A stretch of DNA of 64,000 nucleotides from Utricularia gibba (taxonomy: Eukaryota; Plantae; Magnoliophyta). Where the stretch lies: assembly GCA_002189035.1 (NCBI GenBank), contig NEEC01000026.1:579528-643527 (forward strand), in the 5' to 3' direction. Of this stretch, positions 1-12,389 are shown one piece after another. Within the stretch, counting starts at the first letter, position 1. Every line of letters begins with the position of its first letter. The notes beneath the pieces were generated by a model. The model saw only the letters and a list, made by a program, of their open reading frames with translations, did no database searches and was not told the origin of the DNA. Made by a program: the position numbers and the translations under genes.

Positions 1-1314
1 CATGGTTCGATCCATGAACAAAAGTCCATGTGGGGATATGCTTTAGAGGCAGCGGCTCATGTTTTGAACAAAGCCCCATCGAAATCAGTTGAAACCACTC
101 CTTATGATATTTGGATTGGCAGAAAACCGAGTTTCTCCTATCTCAAAGCTTGGGGATGCCCTGCTTATGTAAGAAGGTTGAAGTCAGATAAGTTGGAGAA
201 CAAATTTGACAAGTGTTTCTTTCTGCGATATCCACAAGAAATCATGGGATACTACTTCTATAATCCTCAAGAGGGAAAGGTTTTCATCTCGAGGAATGCT
301 GTCTTTTTAGAGAAAGAGTTTCTCCTCAAAGAAGCAAGTGGGAGTCGTTTTGAACTTGAGGAGATATTTGAGAACGAGCCAATGACACCTATAGAGATGC
401 CAGTGGGTGACTCAAAAGGTAATCTAGGCTCACCATCTCGAAATTGTGTCCCAGAAACTGGTAATGTACCAGTGAGCAATCAACCTGAGCAATCTGGCTT
501 GCCAAATGTACCAAGCACGTTTTCTGTCAGAAGATCAGTCCGACAACGTAACCCTGTTGTGAGATATGGTTTCATTGTTGATGCCGAAGGCATGGGAGAC
601 CTCACATTAGATGAGGAACCTCAGACTTATGATGAAGCAATCAATAGTACTGAGTCAAGTAAATGGCTTGTTGCCATGGGGACAGAAATGGATTCCATGT
701 ATGAGAACAATGTATGGACATTGGTCAATGCTCCAGAGGGAGTAAATCCTATTGGATGCAAATGGGTATTCAAAAGGAAAACTGACATGGATGGAAATAT
801 ATCTACCTATAAGGCATGACTTGTGGCAAAAGGGTATCGTCAAAAACAAGGTGTTGATTATGACGAAACCTCCTCGCATGTTGCTATGCTGAAGTCCATT
901 CGAATTTTACTTGCCATTGCTGCTCATTTTGATTATGAGATATGGTAGATGGATGTGAAAACAGCCTTCCTAAATGGAAATTTGGCTGAGAAAGTGTACA
1001 TGACACAACCGGAAGGTTTCACACAAGATCCTAGTAAAGTGTGTAAACTGAACAAATCCATCTATGGGCTAAAGCAAGCTTCAAGAAGTTGGAACATCAA
1101 ATTTGATGAGACAATCAAAGAGTTTGGTTTCTCTCAAAATGAAGATGAACCTTGTGTATACAAGAAGGTAGATGGCTTGGCAATCGTATTTCTCATATTA
1201 TATGTGGATGGCATATTAGTAATGGGAAATGATGTTGCAATAATGCAATCAGTAAAAATCTGGTTATCCAAGAGCTTTTCATTGAAAGATCTTGGAGATG
1301 TGGCTTATATATAG
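1..1314 (+). pseudogene. Ty1/Copia pol remnant (integrase C-terminus and reverse transcriptase), Angela-like
   Basis: ORFs 28-819 and 949-1314 carry Copia motifs WGCPAYV, PIGCKWVFKRK, YKA*L, MDVKTAFLNG and LYVD. In-frame stops at 817-819 (TGA for Arg) and 946-948 (TAG for Gln). RT breaks off at LGDVAYI. Confidence 0.93.
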
Positions 1315-1317
1315 AGC

Positions 1318-1352
1318 TTTTGAGACATAAGATGTCTACGAGAAACCCAACA
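1318..1352 (+). mobile_element. 3' tip of an Angela-like Copia LTR joined to the truncated RT
   Basis: ttttgagacataagatgtctacgagaaacccaaca matches the LTR ends at 32521-32555 and about 57586-57620. Confidence 0.8.
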
Positions 1353-1438
1353 TAAGTCTTGTATCAATTAGATCTAGAGATTGAATGCACTTTTATAGTG
1401 AAAAAGAGATAACAACTTCTGCTTCATCTATTGGCAAA

Positions 1439-2809
1439 TGATAGCACACGAATTTTCCTACTTTTATGATATGAAAATCACAAATTTTTAATTATATTTA
1501 GTTGTTAATTTTATAGTTTTAAGTATTTTTATTTGATTAGGGAAAATATGATTTTTTGGTGTATTAGTGGGCTAAATCCTTTGATTTAGCTCACCTTATG
1601 TCTAACCCGATTTTGAGTTTAGTAGCAACCCAAAATTCAAGTAAGAAATCTGGATTTCATGCAAATCACCAAGCTGCAGGGGGCAATGAGTACACTGTTA
1701 TGGCGGAAGTCTGCAAGTTAGGGCCAGGAGCAGTAGATTTGTCAGAGAATGTACTTGCCTTGGGCAGCGGGAGGAGAGAGAGTCGCAAAGGGGGAACAAG
1801 CAGAATTTTCAGAACACACACGAGGGGGTTTCTCCCCAACTCGAACACGAGGAATACTGAAGGAGAAGGAAAAAGAAAGGCGATTTTCTAGAGAAGAACC
1901 TCCAATTTAAAGGAAGAAAATGAAGACCCAGTTCAGCGCTGCTGTTCCGGCCTGTGAACAGTAGCATTCAAAAACCAAAATCCTTACTGCTTTACTTTAG
2001 TTTGTTAATGTTTTTCAGTTTCTGCAATCAACTTCTGCATGATGTTCTTAACATTTTCGTTGTATTATGTTAATGTCATTACTTTTGACTCTCCAAATAT
2101 GAGTAGCAAAAACCCTAGGAGTGCCTTAAGGTGAAGCATGATGGTGTGGGTCTAGGAGTCTTAATAAAATTCACCATTATTTCTTAACTCTTGTTTCTAT
2201 CAAGCCATGGGTAGACCTAAGGAGGGGAACAAGTAGCTTCACAACTTAGATGCTTAATTTAGAGGTAGACCAACAAATCAAGACGAGAGTAGTAGGTGTT
2301 AGTTCGGAGTAGAACCAGTAAAACCGGGTAGACCTAGTTCTATATGCTTTGCATGTGGGTAGACCTAATTGCAATATTGGTGATGATATTGGAGACTAGC
2401 TTAGTCGAAAATGTGATGATTGACCTAGGTAAACTTAAGTTATTTGAAGTTGTGAGTGTAGGAACATGGTAATTTAAGTTAGACATTTTAGCACCACACC
2501 ATCGCAGATCCTTAAGGCATTTTCGTACTATTTTGAGTTAGAACCAGTACTTGTTACCTTTCACATTTAAACCTGATTTCGTTTACTGAACTTACTTGCC
2601 ACTACTAGTCCGAGTTTAGACTAAGACCTACTATTGTCCCGAATTATGCATCTATTAAAACACTTAGCAAGCATAAGCTCCTTGTGATCGACCCGACATC
2701 CACTATACAGGTTTTCTAAATTTATATTTTGTGTAGATTAGGGACTATAAATTTATTTGATACGGATTTCTATTTTTATTGCAACGATATTAAGAATTTC
2801 TGTTTATCA
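1439..2809 (+). mobile_element. Solo LTR, Gypsy (Athila/Tat-like)
   Basis: Termini TGATAG...TTATCA. Flanks GCAAA/ACAAA form a 5-bp TSD with one mismatch. A homologous copy lies at 44059-45330. Confidence 0.8.
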
Positions 2810-2899
2810 ACAAACAAATGGGTGTTCATTTACCAATTGGAGTACTCCCATTGTTCATGTTTTAATTCATAAATAGATCAATATGCACCTTTAGGAAGA

Positions 2900-3120
2900 A
2901 CATCCCTCAAAAGAAGAGCCTTAGTTATAATGATTCAAAGTGAAAGAGAAAATTTGTAAGAATATTTTGAACGATTCAATCACATCTGCAACATGTATTT
3001 GCAGCAAGAACTTACTAAAGGTTAGATTTTATAGTACTTCTACAAAGGATTAACTCTCAAGATTTGAGGATAGGTGGATACTGTTACTTTGAGTAATGTG
3101 CCATTATTAGAGAAATGTCA
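2900..3120 (+). pseudogene. Degenerate Gypsy gag fragment
   Basis: Translates as ENL*EYFERFNHICN, resembling the Ogre/Athila gag motif ESLYEYWERF. Confidence 0.45.
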
Positions 3121-4234
3121 TAGTACTAATGCTAGAAGATTAATTATTCTACCATCAATTGTTATGATACATTATACAAAGTAGACCATTCTAGAATCTT
3201 AGCTCAATTAGTCACATTGAATGACACCTTGAAACTTAGCTTTCAAACTCTTCTTCATAAAAAAAGGAGGATGTCATGGAACTTCAAGTTTAATCATACC
3301 ATATGCAGATTGATGAATGGGAATTCGTGAAATACCTATTGAGGAGTGACGAACGAAAAATCCTGAGACATTATGGAATATTAAGATTTTCAAATCAAAT
3401 ACAATTTATAAAACTCTAATGCACATTAATTAACAAATCCACAAAATATGTATTCGGGGTTGAACATAAGGAATGTAATGCTTGTTGTGCGAAATTGTAT
3501 ACATTTTGATATCAAATACAATTTTTAGATCTTACCTAGAACTTATGCAAATTCAACAATAATTACAAAAATACAAATAATTAGAGAGCAACTTTCTAAT
3601 TCTAAATTAGAAAACGCATATGCAATGTCTCGGGTTTCCAAGGGTGAAATACTCACTCATCTCTTCATCCTAAAACTATAATGTGCAAACTAACCCGAGA
3701 TGGACTAAGTCTATATACGCCAATCTTTAATTTTTTTGGTTTCAATTTCCTTAGGTTTCCTAGACCCATCTTACACTTAGGCCACGTTTGGTTGGACAAT
3801 TTAGGTGGGTTTTCGCGTGGGTTTAGGAATAAACCCACGTTTGGTACATGGGTTTTAGGTGGGTAAAAATATACCCACCTGCTGGCTATATACTCGGCAG
3901 GAATCCGCCGAGCTGGGATTAACTAAATCGAGGGGGAGGGGGGAGGGGGTGGTCGATTTAGCTAAACAAGGGTGTTGATTCCAATTTTACCCTCAACGTC
4001 GTGTAAATTTGAACGCAGATCTACAGAAACTAGATGCAAGTATTGCGAATTGCCAGCGGCGTTGTGTTCGTGCACTTTGGGTGCAAATAGGTGGGTCTTC
4101 CGGTACGTGTGTTTTTTGTTCTTGATGGGTTTGTCAACTACCAACATCTATGTATTCTAATTTTCCAATTTCAAAATCAGTGGTGATTTGTGTGTGGATT
4201 TCTTTCACTCGATTTTTATTATTGTTGAGGGGAC

Positions 4235-5550
4235 ATGAATTTTTTCAATGAGGGTCATGTCACCTTGCGTGCGACTGCGGCGGTATTAACCAAATACTTG
4301 ATTGGGATGAATGTGTTAATATACTTATATTGGAAAAATTACCATACGAAATATAGGGTGAGACACATGTATTTCTTTATAGACAAGATTCCTAAACAAG
4401 TTGAGTATATTAGTAGGTTGGTGAGTGATGTAAACAACACATCAATTGAGAACTTGAGAATCAGCCGAAATGACTTTGGTATTTTATGTAGCCTGTTAGA
4501 AAATCATTCTAGTTTAAAGGCTGGAAAATATGTTACAATTCCGAAGATGGTTTGCATATTTTTAAGAATCTCAGGTCACCATAAAAAAATGTAGGTGCGG
4601 AAGCATGTTTATAGGAGGCTTCCAAAAGGTGTTGCATGCAGTCCTTTGCTTTTATGAGGTACTACTAGAGACCCCAGTAGCTGTTGGAAAATATGCATTC
4701 GAAGGAAAGTTCAAATACTTTAAGGGTAGACACATCTTTCATACATGTTTTTTAGAATGTGGCTCCAATTAACTATGCATTTGTAGCATTGGGTTGGGGC
4801 CATAGATGGTACATACATCGATATACGAGTGAAGAAATCAAAAGCTGCAAGGTATATAAATCAAAATGGTGTGATATCGACAAATGTGTTGGGTGTATGT
4901 GATGAAGACATGAAATTTATGTATGTGCTAGTTGGGTGGGAGGGGTCTATTGCACACAATTAGGTGCTAAACGATACATTCTCAAGATCCGATGATTTTC
5001 ATGTACACGCAAGTATTTGACTTGTTTAGTCTCTGCATGTGATTTCAATCACTTTATGGAAATGAATATGTGATGACACAGGAACATATTACCTATGCTA
5101 TAATGGATACGCCAATAGGAAAGGTTTTTTGGCACCATACTATGGAGTCCGTTATCACTTGAAGGAGTGGGGATAGGGAAATGGAGTATCCTAGAATGCT
5201 AAAGAGCTATTCAGCATGTGGCACGCATCAGCCAAAAATGTGATCGAACGAATTTGAGGCTTGATGAAAATGCGGTGGGGTATACTACAGTCAGCTAGCT
5301 ACTATTCGGTAGATACACAAAATTGGATTGTTTTGGCATGTGCTTTGCTCCATAACCTAATTCGAAAGGAGATGATCGTCGATCATCTAGAGGATGAGGT
5401 CCCATTGGATTTCCAGAATGAAATCAGGGAAACAAGTGATACATAAAATGTCATAACGTTTGTTGGAGGAAGTCAGGCATGGAATAGGTGGCGTGACGAG
5501 CAAATTGAGGTGATGTACACCGAGTGGCTCGCAACCTACAGACACCGCTA
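4235..5550 (+). pseudogene. Harbinger DDE transposase (HARBI1/DDE_Tnp_4-like), degenerate
   Basis: Motifs NLRISRNDFGILC, GAIDGTYI, VGWEGS, YYLCYNGY, YHLKEW and KMRWGIL, with stops and introns. Confidence 0.9.
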
Positions 5551-6389
5551 ATGTAGGCCTGCTTTAGGTTGTGGTGTTATTGATTTTCCTAAATGAACAT
5601 TTTGAAACTATCATGAAGTTTGTACTAGATTTGCTAAGTGAAACTTGTATGCATTAGAAAGATTGAAAAAGCATCGCATACATATATATCCAATGCACAA
5701 CCATACATACATCGGGTGTATGCCAACATGAACACCAATTCTCATAGTATCCGGTGCTTGCTGCAAGTAGTGGTGGGATTCTACCACTATGATATGTGTT
5801 ACCATGGGATAACAAGGTATTACATGGAGGACCATTGGACTCGACACCGCGATCTTGGGATGACGTGCTTCGGAAGTCCTATTAGACATTACAGACTTAG
5901 CAGCATCATGTGTTGCCCAGTCCGACGCTTCAAAATTTTGGAAAGACATGAGCTTGAAGTTGCCCCATATTACCCGAGTCATAAAATATGATGCTTCTAA
6001 ACACCTATGGTACACTAAACACATAGCATCACCGCATGCTACCTTATCTAGCATTCTCTTTTTCAATAAAAGTGAGTTTAAATGGTGAAGTTATCCAACA
6101 TTAAATGCGCTGGGCGGTTTTTAACCATAGTGGGCAATTAATTCCCACCTGCACACAATAAAGTCACCTGACATTTTCCACTTTCCAAAACGACTTCATT
6201 AATCATGCCCTTACAACTCCTTCCTTATGGCATACGTGCAACAGTACCGCATACATCGGATTTCTTCACACCCTCATCAGAAGAGCTTCATGATGATAGG
6301 CAGAACAGTACGCAGCCTATTCATATGTGTTTCAGAATCTTCCTTTCTTTCGGTAGTATGATTTCTTTTTCTTTTTTTGTAGATGTTAG

Positions 6390-8163
6390 CATGTGACAAA
6401 CTATGCGCCCGCTTCTCAATTCCTGACGGCTGCATTATGTAGGATAAATTACCCGGTGAAACATCCGACTCTGAACCACCAACCAGAGTTGGAGCAATGA
6501 GATTCGCCGTCAGCACCAAGCACTTTTGGTGTGGATTGCAATTGCCCCCGCCTCCTTTCTTGGTGCGGATACTTGCTGCACTCTTGATCCCACTCTTGCA
6601 CTTGACTCCATATTTTGTGGTGCACGTACTCGCGTTTTTGCAGATTTTCCAAGAGGAGGATATACCTCCAAAAATGTGTGTCTTCTTTGAAGTCTTCGTG
6701 TATGTCAATGTAAGGGGAGTTTGCACTATTCTCTTCATGTCAAACCGGGTGTGTTTCTCGTTACAGACATGAGAAGCGCATATGATGATTGATGAATTAG
6801 TTTCGTATGGGTATGCCCACCCAACGGGCCAACAAAATTGACAGTGTCAGATAATGTTGGACACTCATCAAGTAATCATATACAAATACTTTAAAATATT
6901 CTAAATTTGTGTGCATCATAAGGCATGTTTTTTTTGTCGTCCTATTGTAGTAATGGAGGTCTTGCCAAAGAATGCAGCAAAGAGGTTTTTGAATTTGTTC
7001 TCTAGCAGAAAAAAGTCACTATAGGACATTTTGCCACCCTTTGTCAATGCTCCTAGAATACAACATTTGTAGTGTGGAACCCTTGACACCATAGACAACG
7101 TAAGAGTACAAACGAAGATGCGGAGGACATGTTCCATGAAGAGGGTGAAAACATGTAGCCAGAAGGCGACAGTAACGGACCAAAACTGATTTTGATACTA
7201 GACGATGAGTACGGAGTTGCTACAGCAAAGTACACCGAGTTGGAGAGATTGCACGCAAAGAATCTTGAACTTTGTGGATGACTTGCTTGGTATGAGTGCA
7301 GGTGACCATATGGTGGACTGTCGAGCAATGATGCAGCCCCACCACGGAAGTTATTAATATTCGATGTAAATGGCGCACTTGCGCATATTGTGTATCCTTG
7401 GGATGTCAAGTGGGGAACTCCGAGGCCAGATGCGGTCATTTATGGGTGAAATGGTAATGTGCTGTATTTCACCTATGCATCCATCACGACGTGGTACTCT
7501 AACATTTGATATGAGTTTAATATTTCTTTTATGTTTCGATACTATTATTGTGGTTTTAGTGTATCTTCGACCATAAGCACGTGAGTTGATATAGTTTTGC
7601 ATGGAACATTTCCACGTCATGATGCGGTCTTTGAGAGGACGGTAAGATTGTCCAATGATTATGTGGTAAGGTCTATATGATGCTGACGCTTGATTTTCTC
7701 GATAAAATATTTCAATGAACAATTGCACGATGTGATTCAGGGGTTACTAGGACCTGCAACCGCCAACAAGCTTGTCTTCTAATGGGATGGATCCAGGACT
7801 ATGGACACTAGTTATCCAATCACAACAATAGGAACAACACTATTAAGCTGAAGTTGTTGACTCATGTTTCGAGCGCCAACATAGAGTTCCAGGGCAAATA
7901 TCACCATCTTAATACACTACTCATCAATGATGCGCCATACAAGTCACTACACAACCCGATGAGTGTCTCATCACTCTCTTGCACCTTGCCATATTCCCAA
8001 CAATTGTTCCCTGGTTTGAGGGGGTGATATTAGGTCGTTCTTGGAAGCGTTCATTGACATAATGGATGTTCCCACACACGACGATCACCGACGAGTAGGT
8101 CAACATCCAATAAATGAAAAAACCAACAGTGGAAGCAGTACAAGGTTATTGCATGATAGATGA
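6390..8163 (+). pseudogene. Harbinger cargo gene: PF04195-like domain, coiled coil and NIF/FCP1-like HAD phosphatase domain
   Basis: N-terminal part reads LCARFSIPDG...GLQLPPPPFLVRIL...LHLTPYFVVHVLAF. C-terminal part reads RKLLIFDVNGALAHIV, intron 7454-7559, VYLRP*ARELI*FCMEHFHVM, LVF*WDGS, NTLLINDAPYKSLHNP and GGDIRSFLEAF...VGQHPINE. Several stops. Confidence 0.82.
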
Positions 8164-8675
8164 TATACCTTTAATTTGCATGGATCTTGCGTGAACTACG
8201 GTATTCTAACTTTGTTATTATGTGATCGAACAACTATTGCAGAAGCAACGCATGTATTAAGATCCAATGCCATATCTAACCATTGCACAATGTGTCCATA
8301 TGCGGTACTTCATAACAATCAACACCAACACGATGCTCTTCCATCACTTCTTGGTAGCACCGCACTGTGATGTGCCATTGTTTGAAGCACTGTGTTTATG
8401 GGTTAGTGCTTCAAAGCGTAGCACTACGCTTGTTCATATGCAGTGCTTCCACAAAGGACGTGGAACATTGTCTATCGTCTACTATAATGCTCACACCCTG
8501 CACTCAACCCTGCCCACTTCAATCAGGTGTTGTGTATACGAATTACATGTATTCATCTTCCGCCCTCATTTTCATGTGGAATACCATACATATTTGTTTA
8601 CAAGATGCTTAGAAGATGAAATAAATATAGTCCATGAGTCCAACAAAATGCCAAAACTGTACAAAAGATTTAAGA

Positions 8676-9674
8676 TCTAAGGTCAAATGCAAGACTATGC
8701 ACAATCAGCTCTCTTTCGCAATCATTTGAGGACGGAAACTAGTGCAACCTTACAGGGTTGGAGCTAATCATCTTTGCTATGGTAAAACATTGGAATGCAG
8801 AAAGTTGCAGTAGCATACCTCTGATGATCTCCCCTGCCTGATGCTGATTGTCCACCAACTCTCGCGATTGCTACAGCACTGTTAATCCCAAGTGACGTAG
8901 CTCCTCACATGTGCACATATTATACTCCTTCATTTCTTTGAGGAGCTGCATATCATCATCGATTCCCCTCGGTCCCCGTCCGCTTCGTCTAGACCATCGT
9001 GAGTTGGTGTTGTTGTGTGATTCAAAGTCTCTACTCTTAGGAGTGACATTCACTCTCCACGCCACAACCAAATGGGTCACAGGATGTGTCAGCGTACAAA
9101 AAGTTTATATCTTGTCCAATGATATCCGGATCCAGGGGACAATCCAAAGATGCATCCAAATTCTCACCAACATCTTTAACTAATTTTCTCTTCATGGTCA
9201 TAGTATTATCCCTGCCACTCCATGTAATACAGCCATGCTTTGTATCTTAGTACGCACAGCCTCGGTGCATGCTAACATAACCACATGATAAGCATCGGAT
9301 ATAACATCACCGACTGTAAGGCATACGTCCTAGTCAATCTCCTTCCAAACCTCCTCGTTAGCGTCTATGGTGTAGGTTAGCTCATTGAAATCGGTGCCCG
9401 ACCTTGATAAAAAATCTACAAGGAGATAATAGCCTTTTTTCTATGTATGCACCTTGTTGGATATGTGCAGGTGTGCATGGATGTCAATTTCTGGGCGGAG
9501 TTTCAATAACTCTATCTCTAGTGCTCGGTGATACTCCCTCTTGAAACCATTCTCAATTTTCCAGCCTTCTTTCACTATCTGCTTCAGAGCATGCAACAAA
9601 TCCTTCTCCCCATCTGGCTTCCAGACCCGCTTCGTATTTTTGGTGGAGTCTTCCATGTCATTTGGGCTATGCAT
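8676..9674 (-). pseudogene. Harbinger Myb/SANT-like DNA-binding protein, degenerate
   Basis: KRVWKPDGEKDLLHALKQIV...WKIENGFK matches Myb_DNA-bind_3-type proteins. The C-terminus IAKMISSNP is typical of Harbinger ORF2. Confidence 0.85.
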
Positions 9675-10299
9675 ACCTATGGTTTATACTAAAGGAAAAA
9701 AATAGGAATAATAAAGCAAAATCAACGACGACTTACAATAAGTCAACCCTAGAATTAACTCTGAAATCAACAAATTTTAAGTGAGAAAATCCACACAAAG
9801 AATGGCATACACAATCTGCAATTGACCCATGGCCCAAAGCCCTCACTTACTAGTGAAATCGTAGGAGATCTCATCGCACGGCAGCACCATAACCCCATAG
9901 ATGATGTCGATGGAGAAAGGGGAAAACTAATTGTGATAAAAATGTGTAATAATTTTTGGGAAAGGCTATATTGGTAATTTCATATGAACATTTATCACAA
10001 ACCTAATTTTATACCCACGTAACAAACATGTTTTATAATTTAAACCCATCAACCAAACACGAATAATCTTCTAAACCCATCAAATCCATTTATCTAAATC
10101 CAAATAAACTAAATCCGAGTTTAAGTGTTACCCAATAACCAAACGTGGCCTTAGTTCTACCATTTCATAAGCTTGATGAGATTAGATCTACTCGATTCTA
10201 TTAATCACTATCCAAGAAATCACATATGTTACTACATTCCAAACTCATTTGTCTATCTTTAGATTGGGCTTCCAAAGCTAAACCTATTTTCTTTTTCCT

Positions 10300-11000
10300 C
10301 TTATAGATCTATCCTGAAATGTTAAATACCAAAACAGACAATATCATACAAAGCGTGGATGGGTCATGATATCAAGCACCATCACTAGGGAACTCATATG
10401 TTGTTCCTCATAAGTCGTTCTATAGTTTGAAAACATTGTAAAGTCCCTTGTCGAGAGTACCACTAAAATACAATGGAACAAAAGGATATTAAATATCAAA
10501 TAATGATCATGAAATAACCCTTACCATGCAATTCAAATGTGATCATCAATTATTAGTTATTGTGACATGGCTTATGTTTCACATAAGAAGTATTATGGAC
10601 CATTTCCCTAACTTTGTTAGTATCTTATTTATCAAGCGCTATCGGGTCATTATGCACACAATTATGTACAGCCGGAGTCATTAGCTATCTTCCAATCTTG
10701 CAATAAAGGGATGGTGGATCACTACCTATTCCCTATTGGGAAGTAAAGGAGGAAGATGACTGGGTTGTGTCATACCCACATAGGATTGTTAGAAGAGATC
10801 AGATGGAGCATCGCCGATTGATTTAACAAGTGACGTGCAAAGGTGTCCAAGTGGAAGTGTAGTTACACCTCATCATCCATGCAAACTGTAGAAAACAACT
10901 TCATAACAAAGGTTGGTGTAGAGATCAGATCTACAGATGAATGGCATTGGGAACGAGTCAAGGGCTTGCATCATTATTGAGTTAATCTCTGGGACTCCTT
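10300..11000 (-). pseudogene. Highly degenerate Copia integrase-region remnant
   Basis: Minus-strand fragments resembling RSD, FWA..ACY and RRSTR motifs. Confidence 0.5.
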
Positions 11001-11286
11001 GTGTTCTTGTCAGATATAGCAACTAACTAGTAAGTGCTTGTGTTTAACACAAATTATATTTGCTTTCTTACTTCATAATCCAAGAGATCACATACATGAT
11101 TGGTATAATGATATGCATTTTAGAGAAACATACGCTCGCTCCATTCATGATAATGGTCATAAAAAAATGTTTTTATTGTTAATTTTTTGCTTCAATTTTT
11201 TTTAACTTTGTTTAGAAGGTATATAGGATAGTAAGGAATCATTGATATTGGACAAGAGCAAGATACTACTGATGCATGTCGTAACT

Positions 11287-12375
11287 TGTAGATAAATGTC
11301 ACAGTTTAACACGTTCAACGCATCAAAAGAAATTTATAAACCTAATAATTCTACTATACAAATTAAAGAAATTAATGTAGCATGGCAAAAAAGGGTCGAA
11401 TCCACAAGGAATGGTTGTAATTTCTCGAAGTCCTTTACATTTACTAAAATAGGGGTGATTCTAGGGGTTTAGCTTTTATGCATGTGAGACATAAAATAAC
11501 AGTAATTGAAATAAACAAGTTACAGGGGTGAGTGAGCATAGAGAATAACAAGAATGCATAAAAATATAAAATGAAGGTGATTTGACTGGGTTTTACACTA
11601 GGATATGTTTCTTGTGTCACTCAAGAAAGTCCATAGGCTTAAACTCAGCTTTATCATGCCCAAAGATAGAGTAAAGGATTGTAGGAACAGTACATGTAAT
11701 ATTTCATTTAAAACTAAAGAGGAAGACCTTACACATAAACAATTTCATAAACTAAAATAACATCTACAAGAGGTGTCTCATTCATAGCCAAGCACCAGAA
11801 ATGTAACAAAGCAAGGAAATGCAGAAAATAACAACAACAAGCTCAACAACAAAAATGGAAGTGCGGAAAGCTAAAGTAAATTTTCAAACAGGTGCTATAG
11901 GTCGTAGATCTGCTGAAACTGAACATTTCGGATGGAAATATGGTAGGAAAATGTAGATTTGGAAGCTGTCGGAGCCGTTCTTCGGAGAACCACCTTTCTC
12001 CTCGCTTCCTACTCCTTGTTGTTCGCTTCCTCTCTCTCTTGCTTCTTCTTTTCTTTTCCCGCTCAAAGTAATGATATCTCCATCTTTTTCATGGACTTCT
12101 GAAGAAAGATCTCCGCTCTATATTTTATCTTTACAGAAGGTGGCTGCGGAAAACGCACTGCCAATATTGGTTTCTACCCTTTTAAGATGTAGAAACACAT
12201 TAGAAATAAACATTAGAGTTTTCAACGTAATTGTTTCCAATTAAGCCCATTTTCACAACAAACACTTTACAATAAACTAGTTGCATGAAAAGAAACCATT
12301 ACACATATTAAATAGCATTTTGCCTCATAAAACAACCCTAAATACTACAAAAATACAATAAAAATGGTGTTATCA
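11287..12375 (-). mobile_element. Old Athila/Tat-like LTR
   Basis: Right end tgttatca matches the family terminus. Contains gggtcgaatccacaagg as in related LTRs. TSD not clearly preserved, so the left end is approximate. Confidence 0.6.
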
Positions 12376-12389
12376 ATTACCTTCAATGT

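Larger units (their letters stand above)
3780..10150. mobile_element. Complete PIF/Harbinger DNA transposon (6371 bp) with cargo gene
   Basis: Perfect 14-bp TIR GGCCACGTTTGGTT (3780-3793 and 10137-10150). TTA TSD at 3777-3779 and 10151-10153. Contains convergent transposase and Myb/SANT genes. Confidence 0.95.

Noticed and set aside
3925-3955. G-tract able to form a G-quadruplex in the Harbinger subterminal region
   Set aside because: It is a single low-complexity run, unreliable in length, with no supporting conservation.
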